NCBI GenBank assembly: GCA_963783375.1
Contig: CAWANH010000022.1
Coordinates: 1 to 64,000, forward strand
DNA: 64,000 nucleotides
From: Candidatus Eiseniibacteriota bacterium
GTDB taxonomy: Bacteria; Eisenbacteria; RBG-16-71-46; JABDJR01
Direction of reading: 5' to 3'
Part shown: positions 9,489 to 20,005 of the stretch, piece after piece
Numbering within the stretch: position 1 is the first letter of the stretch
Layout of the letters: every line of letters begins with the position of its first letter
The notes under the pieces: model-generated
What the model saw: only the letters and a program-made list of their open reading frames with translations
The model's database searches: none
What the model was told of the DNA's origin: nothing
Program-made: the position numbers and the translations under genes

Positions 9489-10205
9489 ATGGGCGACGGC
9501 AGCATACAGGCCAGGATCAGCTTCGGCCGGGCGGTGAAGCGCACCTTTATCCGCTGGAAGCTCCACCGGCTGGTCGGCCCCTTCGAGCACGGGATGCTCA
9601 TGCTCGCCCACCTCTCCCGGCTCTCCCGCTGGGCCGCGCGCTACCCGGCCCCGCACGCCGAGCGCACCGTCCTCTACGAGGCGATGATCAGACGGGAGGG
9701 CCTCGACGGCCCGATCGACTACCTGGAGTTCGGGGTCGGCCAGGGCCGCTCGTTCCTCTGGTGGAGCGGGCGGAACCGGGACCCCGGGTCCCGCTTCGTG
9801 GGGTTCGACACCTTCACCGGGCTTCCCGAGAGCTGGGGACCGTTCGGGGCGGGCGCGTTCTCGACCGAGGGCCGCACCCCGGAGGGGGTGGACGACCGCG
9901 CCCGCTTCGTGAAGGGCCTCTTCCAGGACACCCTTCCCGGGTTCCTTCGCGACTACCGCGTGGAGCGCCGGAAGGTCGTCCACCTCGACGCCGACCTCTA
10001 CAGCTCCACCCTCTTCGTCCTCACCCGCCTGGCGCCGTTCCTCCGCACCGGGGACGTGCTCCTCTTCGACGAGTTCGGAGTGCCTCTCCACGAGTTCCGC
10101 GCGCTCCGCGATTTCCTGGAGGCGTATCCGATCACCGTGGAGGTGCTGGAGGTGGCGACGAACCGGCTCCACGTGGGGATGCGGGTGACCCGGGGAGCGG
10201 AGTAG
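9489..10205 (+). CDS. TylF/MycF/NovP-like SAM-dependent O-methyltransferase
   Basis: YLEFGV, GFDTFTGLPE, KGLFQDTLP, HLDADLYSST, FDEF; AGGAG RBS. Confidence 0.82.
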   Translation: MGDGSIQARISFGRAVKRTFIRWKLHRLVGPFEHGMLMLAHLSRLSRWAARYPAPHAERTVLYEAMIRREGLDGPIDYLEFGVGQGRSFLWWSGRNRDPGSRFVGFDTFTGLPESWGPFGAGAFSTEGRTPEGVDDRARFVKGLFQDTLPGFLRDYRVERRKVVHLDADLYSSTLFVLTRLAPFLRTGDVLLFDEFGVPLHEFRALRDFLEAYPITVEVLEVATNRLHVGMRVTRGAE

Positions 10206-10271
10206 GCCGCTCCGGCGGAGGCGGCGGCGAGCCGGGCCGGGCCGCGCGGTACCTGGAAGCGCGGCGCCTCG

Positions 10272-12398
10272 CTACTTCCCCGAGGTGATCCTCCGAAGCG
10301 CGCTCTCGACCCGCCCCTTCAGTTCGGGGTCCAGGTCGGAGCGGGCGAGCAGCCCGCGGTAGTCCCGGGCCGCGGTGTCCGCCTCCCCCGAGGCCTCGGC
10401 GAGGCGGGCGGTGAGGAACCGGACCAGCGGGGCATTCCCGGAAGCAGCGCGGGCGCGCGCCACCGCATCCCGGGCGCCGGTCACGTCCCCTGACGCGAGG
10501 CGGGACTCCACCAGCAGAACCCATGGGGTGACGCGCTCCGGCCGGCTCCGGGTCTCGGCTTCCAGGGCCCGGATGCCCTCGGCGCGGGACCCGGGGCGGA
10601 TGAGCAAGAGCTGGATGTAATTGTCCACGAAACGCCCGTTGTCCGGCTCCTCTTCGGCGGCCTTCTTCAGGTAGGGGAGCGCCTCGTCGCGCCGCCCGGC
10701 CTGGATGAGCGCCACCCCGAGATCGTTCAGCCAGGAGGGCTTGGGATGGCGGGCGAGACGGACCGCCTTGGAGTAGGCGTCGAGGGCCGGAGCGGCCTGG
10801 CCGAGGTCGGCGTAGTCGCGCCCGGCCAGGTGCCAGGGCTCGGGGGAGTTGGGCTGGATGCGGATGGCCTCCAGCGCCTGGTTCAGGCTCTCGCGGATCC
10901 GGCCCTTCTCCCGGAGGTCCATCCCGTGAAAGAGGAGCACCCGCGGGGAGTCGGGGTTCCCGGCCACGGTGGCGGCGAGGAGGGTGTCGACGTTCTTCCA
11001 CTCCGCCGCGCGCATGACGGTGAGGGGGGCCATCCCGAGGACGAAGAGCGCCACCGCGAGGCCGGTCACCGCGCGGGCGCGGCCGAACACCCGGGGGGCG
11101 AGCCGGAGCGCGGCGGCGATGAGGAGCGCCATCCCCACCGCGGGGAGATAGAGGTAGCGCTCGGAGAAGAGGAAGTTGAGCGGCAAGAGGTTCAAGGTGG
11201 GAAGCGGGGTGATCACCAGCCAGGCCAGGGCCAGGGCCAGCACCGGCCGGCGGCGGCCGGCGCGGAAGGCCGCGGTGAGAAACGCCAGGGCGAGGACGAG
11301 CACGACCCACGGGACAGGGTTTCCCGCGTCGCGAACCGGTTCGATGAACCGCTCCAGGGTGGGATGGAACGGGGTCACCAGGAGGAGCTTCCAGTAGATC
11401 CAGAGGATCCGGAGCGCGGTCATGAGCCGCTCGCCGGCGGTGAGGCCCACCGCCTGGGGATTGAAGGCCTCGAAGTGGACCGCGTCCCCCTCGACCGCGG
11501 TGGAGATCCCCGCCCAGCGGTAGATCACGTAGCCGGCCAGGGCCAGCGCGGCGGGAACGTAGAACGTGAGATCCCGGCGGATCCAGTCGCCGAGGCTCCT
11601 CCGCCGGACCCAGAGGTCCTGGAGGAGAACCAGCGGGAAGAACACCACCGCGGGGGCCTTGGCGAAGACGGCCAGGGCGACGTACGCGCCGACCTCGAGG
11701 GAGCGGAGGAACGTGCGGCCGGCGCCGGGGTCGTCCGCCCCGCCGGCCCGGGCTTCCTGTCCCAGCGAGCGCCAGAGGGCGAGGACGGTGAAGAGGGCGG
11801 CCAGGAGTTCCTTCCGGTGGGTCACCCCGGCCACCGCCTCGGTCTGCATGGGGTGGACCACGAAGAGGACGCTTCCGCCCAGGGCGGCCCAGTCGCCCCA
11901 GGTGAGGCCGAGGGGGGCGGGGGCGGGACCGGCGGGGCGGCGGCGTTTGCGTTCGGCGCGCGTTACGGTCTCGGCCGCCCCGCTCCCCCCGGTGCGCCCC
12001 ATGAGCGCCCGGAGCCAGGCGAAGAGCGCCAGGCCGGTGGCGGCGTGGAGAAGCAGGTTGGTGAGGTGGAAGCCCGGGGGATGAGCTCCCCAGATCGCGC
12101 TGTCGAGGAGCAGCGACCAGTAGCGCACCACCAGCTCGCCGGCTCGGACGTGGAAGAAGTTGGCCAGGGAGCCCATCCGCGGGTCGTGGAGAATGAGCAC
12201 CTTGTCGTCCAGGACAAAGCCGTTCCGGAGGGTGACGGCGTAGAGGAGCGCGGCGAGGATCGGGGGAACGGCCCAGATCCAGCCCGGGGTCGTGCGCGCG
12301 GCGGCGGGCGGGCCGTCCGCGCCGGAGCCGGGTTCGGAAGCCGGGGCGTCGGCCGGCTTCGCCTTCGGCGCTTTGCGTTGGCTCTTGGACGGGGTCAT
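10272..12398 (-). CDS. TMTC-like GT-C membrane protein with C-terminal TPR repeats
   Basis: FVLDD after TM1, FHLTNLLLH, HPMQTEAV, ERYLYLP, followed by TPR helices. Confidence 0.8.
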   Translation of the reverse strand: MTPSKSQRKAPKAKPADAPASEPGSGADGPPAAARTTPGWIWAVPPILAALLYAVTLRNGFVLDDKVLILHDPRMGSLANFFHVRAGELVVRYWSLLLDSAIWGAHPPGFHLTNLLLHAATGLALFAWLRALMGRTGGSGAAETVTRAERKRRRPAGPAPAPLGLTWGDWAALGGSVLFVVHPMQTEAVAGVTHRKELLAALFTVLALWRSLGQEARAGGADDPGAGRTFLRSLEVGAYVALAVFAKAPAVVFFPLVLLQDLWVRRRSLGDWIRRDLTFYVPAALALAGYVIYRWAGISTAVEGDAVHFEAFNPQAVGLTAGERLMTALRILWIYWKLLLVTPFHPTLERFIEPVRDAGNPVPWVVLVLALAFLTAAFRAGRRRPVLALALAWLVITPLPTLNLLPLNFLFSERYLYLPAVGMALLIAAALRLAPRVFGRARAVTGLAVALFVLGMAPLTVMRAAEWKNVDTLLAATVAGNPDSPRVLLFHGMDLREKGRIRESLNQALEAIRIQPNSPEPWHLAGRDYADLGQAAPALDAYSKAVRLARHPKPSWLNDLGVALIQAGRRDEALPYLKKAAEEEPDNGRFVDNYIQLLLIRPGSRAEGIRALEAETRSRPERVTPWVLLVESRLASGDVTGARDAVARARAASGNAPLVRFLTARLAEASGEADTAARDYRGLLARSDLDPELKGRVESALRRITSGK

Positions 12399-12689
12399 CC
12401 GAGTCCCGGTGGGAGGAGGTTGAAGGGAACCGCGCATCGGTCGATCCGGCGGAGTGTACACAAGGCGACTCCGGGGGGCGAGCGGGCGCGCGGCTCCCGC
12501 CGGAGAGGCTCGCGGGATGCCCCGGGGGACGCCCTGGGCGGTCCGGACGTCGCCCGGCCGCCGGGGGACGCCCGCGCACGCTTCCGCTATCATGCCCGGA
12601 GCTGGACCGCCCGCGCCCCGAACCGGGCCGGAGCGGACGCATCGAACGGACCGGCTGGGTCCAGAACCCGAAGGGGAGGAGCGAAAGCG

Positions 12690-12857
12690 ATGGGAGACGA
12701 CCGGACCTTCAAGGGGAAGATGGAAGTGGCGGGGGTGATCGGGCCGCTCTGGTTCGCGGCCTGGCTCTTCGTGATCGGCTACCTGCAGCTCGGCATGCCG
12801 AAGCTCCTCTACGCGATCGTGCTCTGGCCCTACTACCTGGGGGCGCACTTCGGGTAA
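12690..12857 (+). CDS. Small hypothetical membrane protein (55 aa)
   Basis: GGAGGA RBS; hydrophobic, aromatic-rich LWFAAWLFVIGY...WPYYLG; host-like codon use. Confidence 0.7.
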   Translation: MGDDRTFKGKMEVAGVIGPLWFAAWLFVIGYLQLGMPKLLYAIVLWPYYLGAHFG

Positions 12858-12875
12858 GGGCGGCGGCCGCCGCCC

Positions 12876-14066
12876 TCACGCCCGGTCCGGGGCCGACGCC
12901 ACCTCGGAGTAGATCGCGGCGAGCTTCCGCGCGTGCTCCGTCATCGACAGGGACTCCGCGGTCCGGCGGGCGCCCGCGCCCAGCCGCCCGGCCAGCTCCG
13001 GGTCGGAAAGGAGACGTGTCAGCGCCTCGGCGAGGGCGGACGCATCGCCGGGGGGAACCGCGAGGCCGTTCTCGCCGTCCCGGAGCCACTCCCGGATCCC
13101 CCCGCGATCCGCGGCCACCACCGGGGTGCCGTGGGTCATGGCTTCGGGGCCGACCAGGCCGAAGTTCTCCTTCCATAGCGACGGCACCACCACCACGCGC
13201 GCCCGGCGGTAGAGCGCGGCCATGTTTGCCGGGGGGACGCGGCCGAGGAACCGCACCCGCTCCGGCGATCCCGCGGCGCGAAGGACCCCTTCGAGGGGGC
13301 CGTCTCCCGCCACCTCCACCCGGGCCTCGGGAACCGCTTCCAGCACCCGGGGAAGCGCGGCGGCCAGCACCGCCACCCCCTTCTCCGGGCGGAGCCTTCC
13401 CGCGTAGAGAACGACCAGTGCGCGGGGGTGCTCCGCCGGCTCCCGCTCGCCGAGCTCGATCCCCAGGGGGAGGTGGCGGACCGGCGCCAGGCCGGCGCGG
13501 GCGGCGAGACCGGCCAGCTCACGGTTGGAGGCGAGATAGAGCGCGGCCCGGCGACGGTGCCGGGCGGTGAGGAGGCGGGCGGGAAGGTCGTGGAGGAGGA
13601 TCTTCTGCGGCGACCGGCAGCCTTCGCGAAGGCAGACCATGCCCGGGAGCGCCTCGCACGGCCGGCCCGAGATCGTGACGTGGGTCTTGAGCGGGCAGAC
13701 CGGTTCGAAGGTGTGGAAGTTCACGATCACCGGCGGCGCGCCGGAAGGGAGATCGCGAAGGCCGGCCACCGCCTCGCGGAACGCCCAGTGCGCGTGGAGG
13801 AGATCCGGTCGTTCCCGCGCGATGAAGTCGGCGAGCGCGGCGGTGAGCCGCCGGTTGGGAAGGTTCATCTGACGCCACTCGCCGGGGCCGCGCCGGTGCC
13901 GCCGGTAGGGAACGTCCGGGGTGCCCGCCCCTTCACCCTGGGTCCAGAAGAACGCGGTCTCGACCCCGAGCTGATTCAGCCGCGGCGCCAGCGCGGCGAG
14001 GTATCCGGCGACGCCGTTGATCTCCGCCGCGCCGGGACCGACGGTGTCGAGCATCCCGACCCTCAT
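12876..14066 (-). CDS. Glycosyltransferase family 4
   Basis: AGRLRPEKG, PSLWKENFGLVGPEAM, GGIREW. Confidence 0.88.
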   Translation of the reverse strand: MRVGMLDTVGPGAAEINGVAGYLAALAPRLNQLGVETAFFWTQGEGAGTPDVPYRRHRRGPGEWRQMNLPNRRLTAALADFIARERPDLLHAHWAFREAVAGLRDLPSGAPPVIVNFHTFEPVCPLKTHVTISGRPCEALPGMVCLREGCRSPQKILLHDLPARLLTARHRRRAALYLASNRELAGLAARAGLAPVRHLPLGIELGEREPAEHPRALVVLYAGRLRPEKGVAVLAAALPRVLEAVPEARVEVAGDGPLEGVLRAAGSPERVRFLGRVPPANMAALYRRARVVVVPSLWKENFGLVGPEAMTHGTPVVAADRGGIREWLRDGENGLAVPPGDASALAEALTRLLSDPELAGRLGAGARRTAESLSMTEHARKLAAIYSEVASAPDRA

Positions 14067-15169
14067 CGCGTGGACTCCCGTGTCCCCGAGGGGCGTCTCC
14101 CCGCCGGGCCCGCCCCGCGAGCCGCCGCCCGGGCGATCGCCGCCGCGTAGGCTTGATCCAGGGCGTCGAGGGCGGCCTCCGGGCTGCGGTTCGCGAGGAG
14201 TTTCCGTCCCGACGCCTCGGCCCGCCGGCGCCAGAGCGCGCGGTCCCTCGATACCGCCACCAACGCCCCCGCCAGCTCCGCCGCGCTCCCCGGCGCAATC
14301 ATCTGCGCGCCCTCGAGGCCCTCGCAGAGTTCGGCCAGCCCTCCCACCCGCGACACCGCCACCGGCACCCCGCGCACCAGCGCTTCCTGGGCGGCCAGCC
14401 CGAAAGCCTCAACGTAGGCCGGGAGCACGAAGAGATCCGCCCAGCGCCAGGCCGCCTCCATCCCCGCCGCATCGAGTTCCCCCGGGAACGCGGCCGGCGT
14501 CCCGCGGAGCCACCAGCGCGCCGCCGCCCGGAGATGAATCCAGTCGCCGCCGGCCACCAGGGTGCGGGTGGGGATCCCCAGGGCGGCGACCAGCCGGAGC
14601 GCGCGACCGAGAACGGGGAGTCCCTTCCGGAGCGCGTCGCGGCCGGCGAAGAGCACCCGGAGCGGGGCCTCGGAGGCGCGATCATCCGGGCCGAACCAGG
14701 CGGCGGCGGTCCGGATCCCATCCAGGCCGCCCCCCGCCGCCGGCGATTCCGCGGGGATCGGCGACACCGTCACGCGATCGTGGGGCACCGCGTCGCGCAT
14801 GGACTCGGCGTGCACCACCACCGCGTCGGCCCGGGAGAGGAGGCGAAGGTAGCGCGGGCGGTTCCGTCCCCGCCGCCAGTCGCGGGCCGCGCGGTCGAAG
14901 GCCGGGTAGCCGGGGGGCCCGTCCCAGTAGGCGTCGTGAAGCTCCACCACCAGCGGCGCCCATCCCCAATCGCGGTGGAATCGCGCGTTCAGGACCCCCT
15001 TCGCGTCCATCACGTGAACCACCTCGGCGTCGCCGGGGCCGCCGGCCAGCGCGTCCGGATCGATGCGGGTCACCGCATGGCGTTCGGCGAGAAGGGCGGC
15101 GGTCCGCTCGGCGTAGGTGCGCGCCCCGGTCCGAGGCCCCGGCGCCGGCGCCACCAGAAGCACCCGCAT
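14063..15169 (-). CDS. Glycosyltransferase family 4
   Basis: MRVLLVAP start, RKG, EAFGLAAQEAL. Confidence 0.82.
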   Translation of the reverse strand: MRVLLVAPAPGPRTGARTYAERTAALLAERHAVTRIDPDALAGGPGDAEVVHVMDAKGVLNARFHRDWGWAPLVVELHDAYWDGPPGYPAFDRAARDWRRGRNRPRYLRLLSRADAVVVHAESMRDAVPHDRVTVSPIPAESPAAGGGLDGIRTAAAWFGPDDRASEAPLRVLFAGRDALRKGLPVLGRALRLVAALGIPTRTLVAGGDWIHLRAAARWWLRGTPAAFPGELDAAGMEAAWRWADLFVLPAYVEAFGLAAQEALVRGVPVAVSRVGGLAELCEGLEGAQMIAPGSAAELAGALVAVSRDRALWRRRAEASGRKLLANRSPEAALDALDQAYAAAIARAAARGAGPAGRRPSGTRESTR

Positions 15170-15171
15170 CG

Positions 15172-16185
15172 CTAACGCCCCTTCCGCGACGCGGCGTGGA
15201 AGGGCTCGCCGGCGGGGGCGAACCAGGCCGGGTCCACCGGGCGGTCGGGGTCTGCGGGGCGGGAGGGGTGGGCGAGGTGGAGCCGCTCGGCGTCGAGCCG
15301 GGCCCGGCGGGCGTCGCCCAGGCGGCCCCGGGTGGCGGCGCGGGCCCAGGACACCGCCTCCTCCATCCGGCCGGACCAGCCGCCGGCGCGCGCCCCCGGC
15401 CAGTTCCGGAGCAGGAAGAGCCGCCGCGCGCGGTGTAGGTAGTAGAGCTTCTCCGCGCCGGCTCCCGAGACGTGGTCGTGGGTCACCAGGGCGTCGTCCA
15501 CCCAGGCCGGGGTCCATCCCGCCCGGCGCAAGCGCCAGGCGATCTCGAGGTCCTCGTAGTAGAGAAAGTAGACGGTGGGAAAGCCGCCGATCGCTTCCAG
15601 GGCGCTTCGCCGATAGGCGGCGGCGGCTCCGCTCGGGCCGAGGAGGGGCACGCGGTCGAGGGTTTCGCGCGGGGTATCGAGGGAAGCACCGTGGCCGCGA
15701 AGGATCCCCATGCCGCCCCGGGTCACCGCGAGCCCGGCGGAGTCGAGCCGGTCTATCGCGCCGACGGCCCCGGTCCCGCCGGTCTCTCGCCCATCGCCCC
15801 CGCCGGCGGACCCGGGCCCGGCGGTGGCGCCGGCGCGGACCCGGACCGCCGCCGCGCCGGCGCTCGCATCGTCCGCGAGCGCCTCGACCACCCGGCGCGC
15901 CCAGGCCGGTTCCGCCACCGCGTCGGGGTTCAAGAGCAATACGATCGGCGCATCGTCCCGGGCCAGGGCGTAGGCGACTCCGCCCCCGAATCCGAGGTTG
16001 GTTTCCGGGCGGAGGAGGTCGACCCGGTGGAACCGCGCGGCGAGCTTCCCCCCCTCGCCGGCGGGGGAGTGGTCCACCAGGATCACGCGCAGGTCGCCCA
16101 GATCCTGGGCCTCCAACGACTCCAGCGCCCGGCGCGCCCGCTCGGGGCCGGAGTGGTACACGAGAATCGCGGTGGCGCAGGTCAC
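15172..16185 (-). CDS. Glycosyltransferase family 2 (WbbL/rhamnosyltransferase-like)
   Basis: NLGFGGG, LLNPDA, GGFPTVYFLYYEDLE; GTG start overlapping the upstream stop. Confidence 0.82.
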   Translation of the reverse strand: MTCATAILVYHSGPERARRALESLEAQDLGDLRVILVDHSPAGEGGKLAARFHRVDLLRPETNLGFGGGVAYALARDDAPIVLLLNPDAVAEPAWARRVVEALADDASAGAAAVRVRAGATAGPGSAGGGDGRETGGTGAVGAIDRLDSAGLAVTRGGMGILRGHGASLDTPRETLDRVPLLGPSGAAAAYRRSALEAIGGFPTVYFLYYEDLEIAWRLRRAGWTPAWVDDALVTHDHVSGAGAEKLYYLHRARRLFLLRNWPGARAGGWSGRMEEAVSWARAATRGRLGDARRARLDAERLHLAHPSRPADPDRPVDPAWFAPAGEPFHAASRKGR

Positions 16186-17345
16186 GCCACGTCCCGCGCC
16201 GGGGTCCGGAGCGCCTCCTCGAGCCGCGCCCCGCACACCTCGGGAGCGAAGCACGCCCGCGCCCGCTCGCGGCCCGCCGCCCCCATCCGCCGCTCCAGCT
16301 TGCGGTCCTCCCACACCCGGGCGACGGCTTCTCCGAAGGCGGCGGGCTCAACCGGGGTCACCAGCCCGCTCTCTCCCGCGGTCACCGTCTCCGGCAATCC
16401 CCCCTCGTCCACCACCACCACCGGCCGCCCCGCGGCCTGGGCCTCGACCGCCACCAGCCCGAAGGGCTCCCGCACCGCCCCCACCGCCACCACCCGCGCC
16501 CGCTGCACCAGCGCGCGCAGGACGCCGTCGGTGGGATCCGAGATCATCTTCATCGGGACGCCCAGCCGCCCGGCCAGGGCTTCCATCCGCCGCCGGTAGC
16601 TTTCCTGGCCGCGGAAACCGGCCACCACCAGCGGGGGAGGGCCAGGGAGCGTGGCCAGGGCGCGAACCACCCGGCCGTGCCCTTTCTGGGGGATGAACGC
16701 GCCGGGGCTCAGCACGAAGTCGCCGGCGCCGTCCCCCGGGGGCTCCTCCAGGTAGCGTCCGTCCACCGACGGGTGGACCACATCGGCCCGCCGCCCGTAG
16801 ACCTCGGCGGAACGCGACGCGGTGTAGCGCGAGTTGGCCAGGAGGCGGCCCGCGGTCCGGGCGTGGCGGCGGTCGGCGGCGTTGAGGTTCCGCCACACCG
16901 GGAGGGTGATCGCCCGCCCCGCGTACCAGAGGGACGGCGCCACCCCGTCCGGCGGCCGCGGCTCGCGGTAGAGCCGGAGGGGCTCGGTGACGTAGAAGTG
17001 GGCGCCGTGGTCCAGGAAGGCCAGAAGCGCCGGCGCCCCGCGATTCCGGCAGGCGTGAACGAGCCGCCGGTCGTAGCTCATGAGGTCGGCGGCCAGGTCG
17101 GCCTCGATCCGGGCCAGGCGGCGGTTCGCCGCGGGAAGGGTGAAGCGGTTCAGGTAGTAGAGCGCGCCGGGGAGCGGCCGGGACCGGGGCCTCGGCCCGG
17201 CGAAGCGGACGTCCGGGGTGATCGGCCAGGCGCCGGCGGGGGCGAAGACGTCCACCTCGTGCCCGCGACGGAGGTGCTCCACGTAGCGGCGCAACGCGAA
17301 CGCGGCCCCGCCCTCGTCGAGATCGTAGTAGACCGCGATCCTCAT
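16182..17345 (-). CDS. Glycosyltransferase family 4
   Basis: ANSRYT, QKG, EPFGLVAVEAQAAG, GGLPETV. Confidence 0.85.
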   Translation of the reverse strand: MRIAVYYDLDEGGAAFALRRYVEHLRRGHEVDVFAPAGAWPITPDVRFAGPRPRSRPLPGALYYLNRFTLPAANRRLARIEADLAADLMSYDRRLVHACRNRGAPALLAFLDHGAHFYVTEPLRLYREPRPPDGVAPSLWYAGRAITLPVWRNLNAADRRHARTAGRLLANSRYTASRSAEVYGRRADVVHPSVDGRYLEEPPGDGAGDFVLSPGAFIPQKGHGRVVRALATLPGPPPLVVAGFRGQESYRRRMEALAGRLGVPMKMISDPTDGVLRALVQRARVVAVGAVREPFGLVAVEAQAAGRPVVVVDEGGLPETVTAGESGLVTPVEPAAFGEAVARVWEDRKLERRMGAAGRERARACFAPEVCGARLEEALRTPARDVA

Positions 17346-18358
17346 CGGCGCTTCGTTCCGCCGTCCGAGGCTGCATCCCCCGCGTTCCCCGCCGCGGCCG
17401 GAGTTCCGGAGACCTCCCCCGCCGCGGCCAGGGGTCCCGACACCTCTCCCACGTCCCGCGCCCGCCCCCGCCGCGCGTCGGTCATCCCCTGGACGAACCG
17501 GTAGTTGGCCTCGTGGATCCAGCACCAGTCGCGGAGCGCCCGCGGCCCCACGCGCTCGGCCAGCGGCCGGGCCAGCCGGCTGGCCGCGTACCGCGCGGTC
17601 CGCCAGGCGCCCGGGCGGGGCACGATCACGAAGTCGGCGAACCCCGGGTCGCGCTCCATCAGCTCCACCGCGATCCCGCCCTTCAGGTAGCGGCGGCGGG
17701 CGAAGCGCTCCAGCCGCCAGCGGTCCAGGTGCCAGGCCCGGGCGTCGGGGTCGTAGTAGACGCGCAGACCGCGCTTCGAGCCCTCGTAGGCGAATACGGT
17801 GTCGATCCACCAGTCGAGCGATTCGTCGAACCCGCCCAGCTCCCGGAGCCATTCCGTCCGTAGCGATACGTTACAGGTGAAAAAGAACCGTGTGGGGACG
17901 TAAGCGTGCTCTTCCATATGATTGAAGGCGAAGAGGATCCCCTTCCGGGCCTCCCAGTCCAGGAAGGGATCCGGCAACAGCTCGGGGTGCCAGCTCACCC
18001 GTCCCTGGACCGCGGTCCGCCGGTCGCCCAGCTCGCGATGGCGGCGGCAGTGGGCGGCCACGAAGCCGGGGTCGGCCAGGATGTCGTCGCCGATCACGAT
18101 GGAGACGTCGCCCCGGGCGGCGCGGAGGGCGTCGTTCAGCGCGGCGGAGTGGCCCCGGTGGGGGCCGCGGATCACCGAGAGGGCGAAGGGTGCTTCGGCC
18201 TTCCGGCGCTCCAGGGCGGCCTCCGCGTAGTCGTCCTCACCGTCCACCGACACCACGACCTCGAACTCCGGGGCGCCCTCCTGGGCGGCCAGATGATCCA
18301 GGCACCGGGCGAGGATGCCCGGCCGCTTGTAGGTGGGAACGAGAACGCTGGCTTCCAC
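17342..18358 (-). CDS. Glycosyltransferase family 2
   Basis: SVLVPTYKR, IGDDI, NVSLR, GGFDE; start uncertain. Confidence 0.82.
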   Translation of the reverse strand: MEASVLVPTYKRPGILARCLDHLAAQEGAPEFEVVVSVDGEDDYAEAALERRKAEAPFALSVIRGPHRGHSAALNDALRAARGDVSIVIGDDILADPGFVAAHCRRHRELGDRRTAVQGRVSWHPELLPDPFLDWEARKGILFAFNHMEEHAYVPTRFFFTCNVSLRTEWLRELGGFDESLDWWIDTVFAYEGSKRGLRVYYDPDARAWHLDRWRLERFARRRYLKGGIAVELMERDPGFADFVIVPRPGAWRTARYAASRLARPLAERVGPRALRDWCWIHEANYRFVQGMTDARRGRARDVGEVSGPLAAAGEVSGTPAAAGNAGDAASDGGTKRR

Positions 18359-18375
18359 GATCGGGGCCTCCGGGT

Positions 18376-19875
18376 TCAGCTCGCGGTTCGCGTCCGCCGG
18401 TGGAGCCCGTGCTTCAGGAGGGCCAGGATCTCGCGGAGTTGGGGACGGGCCAGCCACGCGGAGAACGCGACGAACAGAGCCACCCCTCCGGGGACGAAGA
18501 TCGCCAGCCGGAGAAAGGGGGTGCCCGCATCCCCGGCGAGCCACACCACGGGGGCGAGCACGAGAACCATCATAAGGGACGGCAGGAGCCCCGACCACAC
18601 CGCGTGCCCGTACGCCGAGGCCTCGGAGGCCCGGGCGCGAAGCGCCACCGCGATCATGGCCGCGCTCTGGAGCACCAGCATCCCCCCCATCCCCAGCGCC
18701 ACCCAGGTGATCCCGTGGGGGACGGTGAGCCAGAGGGCGATCCCGATCAGGGGGAGGGAGGCGAAGCGGATTCGGGCCGGCCAGGCTTCGTGTCCATTGG
18801 CCATCATCCAGGCGATCACCGGCCGGGCCATGAGGACGGCGAAGCCGGCGGGGGCGAGGATGCGGATCAAGGGGATCGTGTCCAGCCACTTCGGCCCGTA
18901 GAGGGCGCGCACCCAGTCCGAGGCCACCACCACCAGTCCCAGGACCAGGGGGCCGGCCATGAAGGCCATCCACCGGGTGGTGGTGACGAAGAACCGGGGA
19001 TCGAGGGGACGGGGATCGGGGGAACCGCTCCGGTCGCGGGCCTGGTTGGCGAAGGCGGGAAAGGCGAGCTCGCCGGCGAAGTCCCCGGCCACCCGCGGGG
19101 GCATCATGGCCGCCTGGTAGGCGAAATCGTAGATGCCGAGGGTGCTCGCTCCGAGCGCCCGGCCCACCGCCGCGTTGTCGATCTGATGGGTGAGGTAGCG
19201 CGCCAGCTTCGATCCCAGGACGTGGCGGCCGTAGTTCAGAACCGCCCGCCCGCCGGGGGTGCGGCCGCGCCAGCGGGGGCGCCACCGATGGAGGCGGAGG
19301 TTCATCCAGGCGTCGCCGGCGGAGCGGAAGGGGACGGGGAGGACGAGCGCCCACACCCCGAGCCCGGCCACGGCGAAGGCCACGGTCAGGATCACCGATC
19401 CCAGGTTCACCACCATGCGTCGGCGGGCGACCGCCCCCAGCCGCATCTCGCGCTCCAGGAGCGCACCCTGCACCGCGCCGAGGGCGCCCAGCGGGATGGC
19501 CAGGGCGAGGACCGGGATGAGGAGCACGAGCTTGGGCTCGTGGAAGAACGCGGCCGCCACCGGGGAGAGCGCGCCCAGGGCCAGGGCCAGAGCCACCGCC
19601 ATCGTGAAGTTGATGCGATGGGCCACGTCGAGGTGGGTGTCGGCATCCCGGGCCGCCACCACGTACTGGGCGGTTCCCACCCCGTCGAAGAGGGAGACCA
19701 GTTCGTAGGCGAGGGCGGCGAAGGCGAAGACCCCGAAATCGTGGGGGCGGAGGAGGCGGGCCAGGGCGATCCCGGCCCCCAGTCCGAGGAGTTTCTGTCC
19801 CCCCGAGCCCAGAAGGAGCCAGAAGGCGCCTTCGTACAGGGCGGTTCGGAGTCCTGGGGAGGGTGTCGTGCTCAT
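18376..19875 (-). CDS. Wzx-type polysaccharide flippase (PST/WzxC-like)
   Basis: LARLLRPHDFG, LYGPKW, about 12-14 TM segments. Confidence 0.88.
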   Translation of the reverse strand: MSTTPSPGLRTALYEGAFWLLLGSGGQKLLGLGAGIALARLLRPHDFGVFAFAALAYELVSLFDGVGTAQYVVAARDADTHLDVAHRINFTMAVALALALGALSPVAAAFFHEPKLVLLIPVLALAIPLGALGAVQGALLEREMRLGAVARRRMVVNLGSVILTVAFAVAGLGVWALVLPVPFRSAGDAWMNLRLHRWRPRWRGRTPGGRAVLNYGRHVLGSKLARYLTHQIDNAAVGRALGASTLGIYDFAYQAAMMPPRVAGDFAGELAFPAFANQARDRSGSPDPRPLDPRFFVTTTRWMAFMAGPLVLGLVVVASDWVRALYGPKWLDTIPLIRILAPAGFAVLMARPVIAWMMANGHEAWPARIRFASLPLIGIALWLTVPHGITWVALGMGGMLVLQSAAMIAVALRARASEASAYGHAVWSGLLPSLMMVLVLAPVVWLAGDAGTPFLRLAIFVPGGVALFVAFSAWLARPQLREILALLKHGLHRRTRTAS

Positions 19876-20005
19876 GAACCTCTCGCCGGCCCGGAAAGAA
19901 GTGGGGGTGGTGCCCGGCCGGATGGGAACACTATCATGCAGGCTGGTTGGTCGGCTCCGGCCCCGCACCTCCACGGGCCGGACGCCGGTCGTCCCCGGAG
20001 GCCCC

